From the NCBI GenBank assembly GCA_053919585.1, contig CM132819.1: 64,000 nt of DNA, one strand, 5' to 3'. Source of the DNA: Euprymna scolopes (taxonomy: Eukaryota). Positions 1 to 11,729 of this stretch are shown here, piece after piece (position 1 is the stretch's first letter; each line of letters opens with the position of its first letter). Both the position numbers and the translations under genes were made by a program. The notes below the pieces were generated by a model. That model worked only from the letters and a program-made list of their open reading frames with translations, had not been told where the DNA came from and searched no databases.

Positions 1-867
1 AGAGAGAGAGTAAGGGACATGAAGAGAGAAAGATGTGGAGATATAGAAAAAAATGTAAGATAGATAACTATAAACGTATATAAATAGATAATTTAAAGAC
101 AGAAACAAGGAAAATTAATAGAAAATCACAGACTTTTTAGCCCGTTAAGAATTGTTGATTTTTCGTCCCTTACTTTGCATGCAACTAATACTTTTATACC
201 GAGTATGCTGCATCTGATCATAACAAACATGCATACAAAATTTCGGCCAGATCGGACCAGTAGTTTCAGAGAGACTTCTAGAGTATACGTGGTACTGTGG
301 TGACTAATCCCTTACTTCGCATCGAATAGATATCATATGTTGACATAACAAAAAATCCATACACAATTTCAGCCAGTTCGGATCACCAGTTTCCGAAAAA
401 AAAAATAATAAATGGACAAACAGACATACTAAGAGAAACATAATATAGATACTAGAGATAGATAGTAATAAATAAATAAATAAATAAATATAGATGAACA
501 GCATATGTGCTTAAACTTGTGCCCAGAAAGAGAATCAACATCCCTCTTCCCTTTCTCGCATTTCAGAAAAAAAAACAAAAAAAAAAAAAAACTCAATTTG
601 TGTTTGCGTAATCCTCTTCGACTTTCCCACACATCTTTATTTCAATTCATCAAGAAAAAAAAATCTTCCTTCTATCTTCCTCGACGCCTCCTCTTTTCTC
701 GGTAATTTTAAACTGCGTAAAATCGCGGAATTATGTGAAGGAAATAAATTAGCGGTTTTCTGTTTGAAAGAAAATATAATCCGTTATTATAGGTTCATAA
801 CGTAGAAACATTCTTATGGAAACGGTTCGCCTTCATGTATACACATACGCACGCGTGCATGCACACA

Positions 868-870
868 TGC

Positions 871-952
<82 letters not shown>
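868..952. repeat. (TA)n microsatellite
   Basis: Pure TA run directly abutting the left TIR of the maT element. Confidence 0.95.
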
Positions 953-953
<1 letters not shown>

Positions 954-1869
954 GGGGTGGAACGATGAAAGTGTCGCCCTAGCGAAAACAACACTACAGC
1001 TTTACTCTAAAACTTTTATTGAAAACATCGATTCAAGTAACTTGCTTATGTACTAGAGCTACTACCTATTCAATGTAGCTGATATCAGCCTCAATAATTG
1101 CCTTGATATCATCCCGGAACTGGGATCATGCCTTTTCCACATGCGCCGGTAGAAGCTCGGCGAATACTTGGCAAATGGCAGCGATAAGGCTGACTTTGGT
1201 TTTGTAGGAGGTCATGTTGGTGATGTTCTCAACGTATGACCAAACGAAGTAGTCTAGCAGGGCCAGGTCAGGAGAGGAGGGAGCAAATGAGGGAAGGGTA
1301 CAAAGTCGTAGCACTCCTTCTTAAGCCAAGCCTTGGTCTCTTTGGACTTGTGAGCCGGCACCCAGTCTAGTTGCCACACCCAGGGTCTGCCAGCCGCCAC
1401 CCGATTGCACCAGGGGATCAGCACACTCTTCAGTACATCTAGGTACACTTTGATGCTGACTTTTAAGCCGACTTCGAAGATGTGAGGTGGCATGATTTGG
1501 CCCTCATTCGAAACCACGCCAAAGACCATAACCCTGACCGGGAACTTTATTTTCATCACTCGTCTGTATTATTCGCGACAATCCAGCGATGCATTTTGAG
1601 GGTGCTGACAATGGTTCTGTTGTCATGACTATGATTCGTTGAGAGCATAAGTTGTACAGCGGCGCATCTCCAATCTCGCTCGTTGGATATAGTGTCACTT
1701 TCAGACATGAAAGAAGACTCATCGCTCTTGAGATTTGTACACAACTGGCCAACTAGTAGATGGCCTGCAAAAAAAAAAGAAAAAAAGAAGAAAAGAAAAC
1801 TGGTTTGTATAAAACGGAAATGAAATCATGTCGTTTTTTCTATGACGGCAATTTTATCGTTCCACCCTG
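953..1869 (-). mobile_element. Internally deleted maT/DD37D-type Tc1/mariner transposon
   Basis: Imperfect ~37-bp TIRs (cggggtggaacgatgaaagtgtcgccctagcgaaaac / gttttttctatgacggcaattttatcgttccaccctg) flanked by TA; frameshifted transposase remnants VMVFGVVS..MPPHIF, WQLDWVPAHKSKET, PSSPDLALLDYFVW with ~37-residue D-D spacing; N-terminal DNA-binding region absent. Confidence 0.85.
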
Positions 1870-4800
1870 TATATAAACAAACATATTTAAGGAAAACAGA
1901 AAGCTGTTTAATCATACCTTTTTTATTTATTCATTTTTCTTATATTTTTTGTGTCAAGAGTTGAAATTGTTGATATAGGTCCCATGAATATTGAATATTA
2001 CTTGTAACATTTTTACCAATTCGGACCAGCATCCTTTCTCCTTTCTTATCTTCCTTACGACGGAGTCTACAACGTGTTCTGTCTCTACATAATAGCGACT
2101 AAGTTACATATTCATTTTTTTAGCGCCGTTTGACCAGGCTTTTTCACAAAAAGGGTTCAAAATGAAAAAAAAAGAAGAAAAATGTTACCACGGATGAATA
2201 CAGTCGCAAAGAGAAGAGTTAATGTCGAACCAAACCAAGAATGAAAAAAGCTTGGGGGTGGGGAATGGATTTCATCGAGCTGTAAGTAATATTGTTTCTT
2301 CTCTTTTCTGCTTCACTTTCGACTTTTCTCCTGCTTTGTCGGTCATATTTTTAGTTGCTAACTGACGTTTTGTGGCGTATATATTATCTTTAATGTTAAA
2401 GAGAACAGTTCTAGTATCCGGAATCGGTTATATAACATTATAGGGGACATAGTTCCATGCGCAGTTCACGAAGGGAATAGTTTATTAGGTTTTAAGTTAG
2501 AATTAAACACGTACTAACAAAAATCTTATTCTTGTAAATTGAGATGTTCCAGTAATGTTCGAATCTCGACTAATAATACTAAATGTCTCTAGTTTTTATT
2601 TTATAGTTACTAAAACTTTTTAAACAAAGAAAGGGATATACGTCAAATTTTTAAACCGTGTCTGGTGTTTTTATTTCTCGGTATTTTGTTATCTGGATTT
2701 ATATTAATCTAATATCGAATGCAGAAATATTAATATTTAACGAATGCAGAAATATTAACATTTAAAATTAATGGCAAGTAAAATTGCTTGGTGGTCAAGT
2801 AAAACACTTCGCGTTAATGGAATATTATCCGTTGATCCTAAAACTAGAACTTTTATGAGAAAAAAGACGCAGCAGTTGCATTGCCACTGTGGCAGAAATA
2901 AATGTCTGCTAAGTATTTAAGGTACTTACAATCTCCGGATACAGAAATGCAGGTTACGAAGAATCTGTCTGTAAACAGTCCCAATTTTGCCGACAGAATT
3001 CAGACATGAAGCAAATTTCCCGGGTATGGAACGTAACTTAAGAAGTTAGTGACTGGGCTTCTGAATGGTTCAGTTTACAAACAAAGTAGCGAAAATTAGA
3101 AGTAATAAGTTCGAAGATAAATAATAAAGATTAACCCAGATACTGCGGCGTAGTACTGGAATGCGACCAATGTAATAATTGTTGAGTAATATTCGATTAT
3201 GTTAGGCCGAAATTGCCTCGGTAATCTCTCCAAAAGGGGGTCTGAGCTGGGCCGTAGACTAAACAAAAAGTTAGATTAACTGATGTCTCGAATAATCTCG
3301 CTATGTGAAACTGAGGAATTAAGAGACAAATAAGTCGTAGAACTAGGAAAAATGTTATGCTAACTAGATATCCGAGAGGAAGTTAAAGATGCCAGGGAGT
3401 AAGTTTTAACTAAAAAATCTATTTAGGCAGTCGGTGTGAAAATCTCTCGAATAGAAGGAGAGAAATATTTATGATATGGCTGATATGATATGTAGAAGAA
3501 TCGAGAGTTGTCAAAGAGAATGAGAAAGAATGCACAACGGGGAAATTAACAAAGGAATCTGGGTATACAATGAACAGTATACCACATCTGCTATGAAGAC
3601 TATTTATAAGCAATAAACAGATTTTATTGCTAAAATAAAAATATCCCGTTTCAGTTTGGTGAATTCAAAGGTGCAGTACCAGGAAACATTAAGGACTATT
3701 CAATGGAACATGGATATAGTCTTACCTCGATTTGCTTGGCCTTGTTAACATTTGGAACTTTAATCTTGGACAACAAAGCTGAAATATTTCGGCACTTATT
3801 CATTGAAATTTCTGGAAACACACAACACACTACATTCTCGCTAATAAAACAGGTAACTAAGTTTTTTTCTCCTTTACACTGTCTGTAAATGATTGGAAAA
3901 ATACATCGAAATTCTTTTTTTAATAAATGGATAAAAAGAAATAATAAACTAAATAATTTCTGACGGAGGTAGAGAAGAAAATGTTAAAATCAAAATCGAA
4001 AAAGCTACAAACCAAGACATTTTATTTGGATTTATGTAGTCATGTTTTTGTATAACTCTTTCCTTTTCTTGTTTTATATTTACATCGATCAGGTTTTATT
4101 AAATAATTGCAAATATATTTTTTCAGCATATACAGGTATGTAACAGTCGCGCGTATGGCCGCTGTATGCAAATGACTGAGACGTGTTACCACAAATGACT
4201 GAGACGTGTTAAGAAGATAAAAAATTATAAAAAGAACTGTGCACAGACCGATGATCACGTTAGAGACACGTGGACGACGTCACAGCTGAGACGAGAAGTC
4301 TCACGTGGCTTGAGAAGGAGAAATAAAGGTATTTTATTAAAACCTGAAACAGCGAGTTAAATTTATTACCTTTTTTCTTTCTTATGTTAATGGTACTGAG
4401 TCTACAGCATGTTGGGTCTCTACATATTAACGACTAAGGACACACACACAGACACACGCACACATATATAGTAGTGATTTACATCCGACGACAAAAGGGA
4501 CCAGTTCGCAATCTTGATGTTGCTTATTTTTTAATTTTCTTTTTAGAAATTATTTTACTTATAAATGTATGCCTATATTTTTTACATGGGTGTCTTACAC
4601 ATGTTTCGTTGTATTAACGGGATATTGCCATTGTGCCATCAAACAACTCATCAGAGGCAAATACGTATTATTACAGATGCACCGGACTAAAAAACGATGA
4701 AGTAAATCCAAAGTAAGGAAAACAGAAATATAGAAAACTTGAAAATACTTACTGATAGAAGATATATATATCTATAGAAAAATACCCACAGAAAATATGT

Positions 4801-5332
4801 ATCAAATCAAATAAAGGAATGTGTTAGATGGCCATTTTTAATTTATTATCATAGTTTATTTACTAAAGTAAATTACCATAGTTCATTTCATTTATTATTC
4901 AATAATTTATTATATATCATATATATTATATTTAAAACTTTAAATTTTAAGCTAAATAGATAGCATGTATAATCTCAGAGCATTTATAGACAATATAAGA
5001 AAAGATTCTTATGTCTATACCTTTATTCTTCAACAAATAGATTAATTTAACTTTTTTTCCTCTATTCTCTAAGTAATGCACTACTAGCTGTCTAAAGCCA
5101 GCATCAACAAGAAGTCCTCAAATTCATTTTTATAGAAATGATATTCAGATTTGAATTGAAATGCTTGCTAATTTCTTGCAAATATATTTTAAATGGCAGC
5201 TGAGTTTACGAATAATAACTAAATATATGATGGTAATAACATAGTTTAGATTCGTCGATCGACCGGATATTCTTATTCTTATTGCTGATCGCTTATTGAT
5301 AATAGCGGATGGAGTTCCTTGGAGTTTGAGAG

Positions 5333-5515
5333 ATAACAAATTTGACAGTGATATGGAAGAAGGAGAAAATAGCAACCCTAGTAAAAGTCAGTGTCCTTAA
5401 TGATGCTGGCTTAAAACGAGTTAAGAGTGAGAAGAAAACGAAATATCAAGGTCTTATGTATGACATGAAAAGAAATTAGAATCTTAGGAAGATTTTCATA
5501 ATTTCAGTAATTAAT
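5333..5515 (+). pseudogene. Degenerate restriction-like endonuclease (REL) fragment of an R4/Dong- or NeSL-like non-LTR retrotransposon
   Basis: Manual translation with a frameshift: NKFD.VIWKKEKIATLVKVSVLNDAGLKRVKSEKKTKYQGLMYDMKRN*NLRKIFIISVI, resembling the PD..D.A/SVP.D...EK..KY..L REL pattern. Confidence 0.55.
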
Positions 5516-6456
5516 AATATAGTTTGGATTCGTCGATCGACCGGATATTCTCGCAGCCAATGATCGCTCTGGAAAAGTAGAATCAGATGAAAGAAATGCC
5601 CAACGATGCTTGTGGAAGATTCCATATTTGAACGTTTTCGTCGCATTGACTGGTCCGTTCAAAGATGTTGGTGTGTTTCACTTTTTCTTTGTTTTTTGTT
5701 GTTGTTTTTTTTTTGCAGAAAATGTGATTCATATATTTCGTTTCAACGTTTTCGCTTTCTCCATTTACAAAAAAGAACCAGTTGTTTAGTCGCTTCGCAA
5801 GAGTTTTTTATGCTTTGTTTTGTTTCTTTAAACAAAAAAAAACAAACTATAAAATTGTTTACTTTTTACCGTAGCACGTACAAAAATAGAAGTTTGTCTT
5901 TTAAACAGAAACGTGTACATTCTTAAGATACGCCTATTCAATCTACACGATTAGTGATGAACATGTTGCTTCGAAATTAAACCTGACAGACACACTGACA
6001 GGCCAACAAACAACGCTTTATGTTTAGAAATACGCAAAGATTTGCAAATAAAGTAGTATCGTTAGTCATTTTCAGTTTTTGAGAAATCTGTCAAGATGTG
6101 CATCCGGTTAGAGTTAGGTTATGGTTAAACTATACAAAATGCAGAATAAACCCCACTGTGGAATGCATTGCGGTATAGTACGCAGCTATCTTTACGGGTT
6201 TATATGGAGTAAACAACGGTCTTTTATGCAAATACGAATGGATTCCATCTTTTAGAATAAGTAATGCAACTATTTTTTTATACAACTGAATTTTTCGTCT
6301 GTTTATGTGTTGCGGAGGTATTTTTATGTAACTTTTTATAAAAGATCTAAAGAATTTTTTTATTTATGTCATCTGTTAATTTTTTAAAGATATTACACAC
6401 TCGACATCTGTTTTCATTTTCTAATTGTTTTAATTAAATTATTTAAAATAACAACA

Positions 6457-6605
6457 ATTATTATTATGGGCACACAAGGAGTTCCACACAGGTTATCAAT
6501 GATCTCATTGAATACAGCCTGTGGTTTTCAATGGAAGCTGAGTGACAACAAGTCTCCGCAGATTTTCCAGCACTCTCCACCTCTTTCGATAACATTTGCA
6601 AATAA
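6457..6605 (-). mobile_element. 3' end of a (TAA)n-tailed non-LTR element (R4/Dong-like), degenerate
   Basis: Aligns by eye to 39931-40060 and (reverse complement) 40262-40395, which ends in a (TAA)n tail. Confidence 0.5.
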
Positions 6606-6676
6606 AATTTTCCACCCTTCCTAGGTTTCTTTTATAATTTTTTGCTTTTGTAATTTTCATTATTTATATACGTGGG

Positions 6677-6736
<60 letters not shown>

Positions 6737-6752
6737 GTTGTTGTTGTTGTTG
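6677..6752. repeat. (ATT)n-(GTT)n microsatellite
   Basis: Direct read. Confidence 0.95.
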
Positions 6753-7520
6753 TTTCCTAATATTGCGCTGTGATTCAGCTTTCAAGGGCAATTGATGCGT
6801 ATTTTCTTTAAAAATTGCATTCTTCTATCTTTTTCAGTAATCCTCTGTCTATTCCACCCGTAATTTTTTTTTTTTTGTGGTAGCGACCATCGTTTAATTG
6901 CTAATCTATTTAAGTCTTGTTGTTGAGTGGACCGCGGGTATTAATAGATCATAAATCATCAGGAAAAAAATCACAATTTATCATTTGCAAATTTTTTCTG
7001 CTTTTTTTTTCTTTTTTGTAATTTTTCAAATGAAAATTGATATGTTGGGTTATCTGAATTATTCAGACTACTATTCTCATCTATTCTTTTAATCTACACA
7101 ACGTTTCAACCAAAAAAAATCCCTGATTTTTTGTACTTTTTCGTATTATCGGCTATTTGTTATTTAAAAAAAATATCCATATTAATTAATAAAAACTTAC
7201 CTTACAAGTAGTGGGTTTTTTTTCTTGATTTGAATTTGAATTTTCGAAAAAATTGTCCAATAATTAATTATTGTATTTTTTTTCATAACAACATACAAAA
7301 AATATTATTTTAATTTTATAATTAATTTTCTGTGGAATTAGCTTTGTAATAACAGAAATAATATATTTTTCATTGAAAAACTTGGGCAACGTTTATGCGA
7401 AAAGACAAAAGAAATAATGAATCTTTCGTTTGGCACCTTCCGGTATTTTACGTAAACTGTCCGGAAAATTCCGACGATAATACAGTCCTTATTCTGCATA
7501 AGTACTTTACTTTCTACTCT

Positions 7521-8319
7521 TCGTATTATTTGCATTATTCGGACTACTGTTCTCATCGGTTCGGTCGTTATAATATCCAATCTTCTTGATGTATATCTTG
7601 TCGAACTCGGGAATTTTTCTATCGTGACGTAGTGGATAAAATCAGTTGTAGGTTACACTTTTCTAGAGGTTTAAGGTTCAATCTTATATGCAGGCGACAC
7701 TCAAAATGACAATTGCGAATTACTTAGGACTTCTACCCAATCGTGGCTGATGGGACAAGGCCATGCTACCACCGTGGATTAAATAAAGGTTTGCAAATTT
7801 TCGAGTTGGACAGAACGATTCCAGAGTTGGACAGAACGATTCCAGAGTTGGACACAACGATTCCAGAGTTGGACACAACGATTCCAGAGTTGGACAGAAC
7901 GATTCCAGAGTTGGACACAACGATTCAAGAGTTGGACAGAACGATTCCAGAGTTGGACAGAACGATTCCAGAGTTGGACACAACGATTCCAGAGTTGGAC
8001 ACAACGATTCCAGAGTTGGACAGAACGATTCCAGAGTTGGACACAACGATTCAAGAGTTGGACAGAACGATTCCAGAGTTGGACACAACGATTCCAGAGT
8101 TGGACACAACGATTCCAGAGTTGGACAGAACGATTCCAGAGTTGGACACAACGATTCCAGAGTTGGACACAACGATTCCAGAGTTGGACACAGCGATTCC
8201 AGAGTTGGACACAGCGATTCCCGAGTTTAACAAGATATACGTGAAGGTTACATAGAGGGAAACGCTGTGAAAATGATGCTCAAGATTAGAACAGTAGTAC
8301 GAAGAATGCAAATAATACG
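7521..8319. mobile_element. Penelope-like non-autonomous element with inverted terminal arms, tRNA-like interior and an expanded minisatellite
   Basis: Left cgtattatttgcattattcggactactgttctcatc...tcttgtcgaactcgggaat is the reverse complement of right attcccgagtttaacaaga...agaacagtagtacgaagaatgcaaataatacg; same family as 18345-18785 and 34426-34731. Confidence 0.7.
7803..8223. repeat. 21-bp minisatellite (gagttggacaSaacgattcca) x20 with 126-bp higher-order unit
   Basis: Direct tandem units; variant order R,R,T,T,R,TQ occurs twice (visible in the ELDRTIP/ELDTTIP/ELDTTIQ translation). Confidence 0.97.
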
Positions 8320-8414
8320 GCTAAACAATCCGTATCTTGTTGACACATAAGAATCGCCCCCCCCCCCATCACAGTAGTCTTTTACGCTTCAATAACAATA
8401 ACTTGTTTGGACAT

Positions 8415-8510
8415 CTTAGTAACCAGAAATGGTCACTTATTTGCTATTGACCAGATTCGGCGTTGCTTAACCTGAGGAGAACCAGCGTGTTAACGAGATT
8501 GCGGCGTATA
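8415..8510 (-). pseudogene. 5S rRNA-derived fragment (5S pseudogene or SINE3 head)
   Basis: Reverse complement acgctggttctc..ggttaagcaacgccgaatctggtcaatagc..gtgacc resembles 5S CCGGTTCTCGT..AGTTAAGCAACGTCG..GGTTAGTAC..GTGACC. Confidence 0.55.
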
Positions 8511-8583
8511 CGCATTCGTGCTCATTACATCAGATTTGTATTTGCACAGGAGACTGTATACTCCCAACTGCTGTCTCGTTTTA

Positions 8584-9315
8584 TCTATATAAATAAAACA
8601 GTATATGTACGTGTGTGTGTCTGTCTGTGTGTAAATATTTAACCGATAAACTCTTTAACTACTCGTCACATAACACTGAAATTTACAAAAAATACTAATC
8701 GAGGATGGTTTATAAAAAAGTAAAATCTTTGTTTGGATGAACGAATGACTCGTACACACATATATCGGCATATGAAATGCAAAATATAAATATTTCTATA
8801 TTAATATTGATATTTCTAGTTCTTTCTGCGCATGCCCAAATTCAATTCATCACTTCAAGTCGTTTAATATTAAACCGTTCTTACCTATCTCTTGATGTCT
8901 ACATCGGTAGGGAAGGCGTCTGAAGCTTTAGATGTTTTAGTTTCGATTCTAGGTGAAATATGTCGGCAAGCTGAAATGCAAAATGTTCATTTCAACTTGC
9001 CGACATATTTCTATTACTTCTGCGCAGGCGCAAATTTATTGGTAGCTCGAAGTGGTTTAATTGAAAAGGTTTCTTATCTATCTGGCGAGAGCTCAACAGT
9101 ATAGAACGCAGCTGAATCGATAAATGTTTTATTTTTGATTCCAACTGATGGCACTCAGGTTATTTTTTTTAACTTTTGAAATCAGTACTATATTCTAGGT
9201 ACAATATAATATTCAATAGAGAATTGGTTCTGTAATAATAAGTACGAAATCTGCATGAATTAAAATATATTTAAGCGTATTTTACGACCGGGCAACGCCG
9301 GACGCTCCATGATAG
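8584..9315 (+). mobile_element. Non-autonomous Helitron
   Basis: A|TC 5' end (tctatataaataaaac), subterminal hairpin ccgggcaacgccgg, degenerate (c)tag|T end; homologous to 41267-41634 and 63012-63068. Confidence 0.7.
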
Positions 9316-9446
9316 TTTTTAAAATATGTAGAATTGCGGAAATACTTCTATTCAGATATTGAACTTGTTTATTGTATAATTATATTGAAGAATTTCATCG
9401 AACTTTGAAATACTTTCCGCATGATTCCAGTGCGTGGAGGCATTTT

Positions 9447-9719
9447 ATAAATAAAATAAAACGGATTTTAAATAATACTAGCAGGGCTATCCGGCGTTGC
9501 ACCGTGCCATAAAAAACTAAATAAAGATCTTAAACCGTGTTATACTGGGTGGGGCAGAGCAACTTGCTTATTTAAGTCTCATTATATTTTAAATAAGTAA
9601 GTTGCTCTTCCAAACCCTGTATAACACTATTTAAGATTTTCTATTTAGCTTTTCATGGCACGGTGCAACGCCGGATAACCCTGCTCGAATTATCTAAAAT
9701 CCGTTTTATTTTATTTATT
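9447..9719. repeat. ~270-bp imperfect palindrome centred on a Tc1-like MITE, arms containing a Helitron 3' end
   Basis: ataaataaaataaaacggatttta..gcagggctatccggcgttgcaccgtgccat mirrored by atggcacggtgcaacgccggataaccctgc..taaaatccgttttattttatttat; centre ta-ctgggt..accctg-ta. Confidence 0.85.
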
Positions 9720-10685
9720 TTACTGGGTCATTCACAGCCCCCCTCTAAAAAGAAAATTCCTCTTTTATGTGATGGCTAGAAAAAATAACACTTAGGAGGT
9801 CTTCAGAGCACTACTGAGAGCACTAAATAAATTTAAGCATGTCTTTAATCACCACTAAAACTAATCCCCCTTTCTATGTGGAGAAATGACAACAGTTAAA
9901 AAACGATAAAATTAAATCAGAAGTTATCGTCTTTCAATCTGAAAAAAAAAATGGGTTGTATTAATACATGATAACATTTAACAATTGTGTTTGATTCTTG
10001 ATAACATTAATAGATACAAATAGCCATTTGACTCCTAATCTATTTTCTAAATAGATACTAAATAGATACTATTTTCTCGGGATTACGCTAATTAAAATAA
10101 TACCAACTTTGTAGGGTTTTGTTGTGTATTTTTTTAAAGTTTTAGTTGGATATATAAATATAGAAACACGCAGACCACTGTCTTTTATACAATAGATGTT
10201 TCGGTGAATGTTGATCAGTTCAACTTTTTCCGCACAGAGGAATTAAAGGACGATTTCTGCTTCTGACGTCTGTCCATGACAGGAGTTCTTTTTTAGTCTC
10301 ACACCGTCAATATCTGCAACAGAGAAATGGAATTTTCAGGTCATGGATGCATAAGTACAGTCATCGTAGCAATACCATTTGCAATCCCCCTGATCTATTT
10401 GAACTGAATAAAAAAAAAAGAAGTAATATTTTGGGAGCATCCCTCGTAATATCAACGTTCTTCTAGAGAGATTGGAATATCATGTGGTTGAATGAGTAAC
10501 TAGTGTAGATTTGCAAATGGCAAATTTCCTGTTGTTCGGCATATTGCTTACACAAAGTGCGTATGTTTCCCATGGTACTGGGACAGTAGTGCTATATTGC
10601 ATTATTGAATAAAAATGGGATGCCCTTCAAGAAACATGTTGATGCTCTGTTCATAAAACCATCATTAATGAATCACTCGTTGGTA

Positions 10686-10854
10686 TTGATTGAGATTGTC
10701 GGACTGACTTCCTCATCTTGGTTGTTATAGTCACAACGTTTCGCCCGTTTTGCCCTCCGGCCTTCATCAGGTGTTTACGCTGTGACTATAACAACCAAGA
10801 CGAGGAAGTCAGTCCGACAATCTCAATCAATGAAAACACCTCATCTCAAAAATA
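10686..10854 (-). mobile_element. Penelope-like inverted-repeat mini-element with minimal hammerhead motif
   Basis: 51-bp inverted arms (10685-10735 / 10781-10831, one mismatch); 12-bp direct repeat cactcgttggta at 10674-10685 and 10855-10866; minus strand acac-CTGATGA-aggccg..cgggc-GAAAC-GTT-gtg. Confidence 0.75.
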
Positions 10855-11006
10855 CACTCGTTGGTAATATGAAACTTGACGTAATCAAGTATTTGCTGAA
10901 ACTCTCACTCTCGCATTGGAGAGTTCACCAACTTTATTATACGAATTTATATGTTTTATTATTACTCCTTTCCACTCCAAACGAAGCGTATTTCCACTTG
11001 AATGTA

Positions 11007-11729
11007 TCTATTTACAATGCCTCCCCACAGGACGGAGTTAGACACCAGGGTCGTTTTTAACGTGGAGAAAAGGTACACAAGTAAACATTGTCTCAGTCGT
11101 GAAGGAGTTCTCCTCCACTGAAAGAGAACGAGAAATGGAAGTGCCGCATCTGAAGAACAGATACTACACGTTGATGTATTTATTTGCTTCCCCACGAAAG
11201 CAAATTAGGCAGAAGGCCGTTTTTAATGTGGGGTAAAACCAGCTCCCCTAAAAGTAGGCAAAAAGGGTGCACCTGGTTACCAAAAATAATAATTGTCCCA
11301 GTATAGAGGGTTTCCCCTCCATTGACTGGGACACATTACCTTAAGTGCAGCATCTGCAGAACAGATACTACACTTTGATGTATTTATTTGCTCCCCCACT
11401 GAGCAAATTAGGCACAAGGCCGATTTTTTAAAGTGAGGAGTGAAGGGGAAATGGGGACCAACTCCCCGGGGAGTAGGGGAGCTGGATAGTGACAATTGGT
11501 ATGAAGGGTTGCCCCTACATTGACCAAGGTCTTATATGTGGGGGCAACCCCACATATGGTCTTTGCTTGCTGTATCTGCCGGAACAGATACTACACTTTG
11601 AGATATTAAATCTTTTATTCATGTTAAAAAATACAGTCAAAATCAACGATGAACAAAAAACTTAGGCACATGGCCAACTAACTTAGGCACATGGCCAACA
11701 CTTTGATCTTGGCCAAAAGGCCAAGTGAG
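11007..11729 (-). mobile_element. Nested array of U2-snRNA-headed SINE-like elements
   Basis: 17-bp TSD atttccacttgaatgta (10990-11006, 11730-11746); U2 nt ~1-35 at 11698-11731 and U2 nt ~26-48 at 11582-11601, 11358-11379, 11153-11175 (all minus strand); three related bodies with AAATARATAC tails. Confidence 0.8.

Noticed and set aside
7720-8311. ORFs of 86-170 aa (ELDRTIP / CPTLESL repeats) as proteins, or the array as CRISPR
   Set aside because: Open frames arise from a stop-poor 21-bp unit; no unique spacers, no cas genes, eukaryotic context
10180-10300. Possible mariner N-terminal remnant (FLCAEKVELINIHR, minus); similar traces near 12170 and 27640-27780
   Set aside because: Too short and degenerate, no TIR pair found
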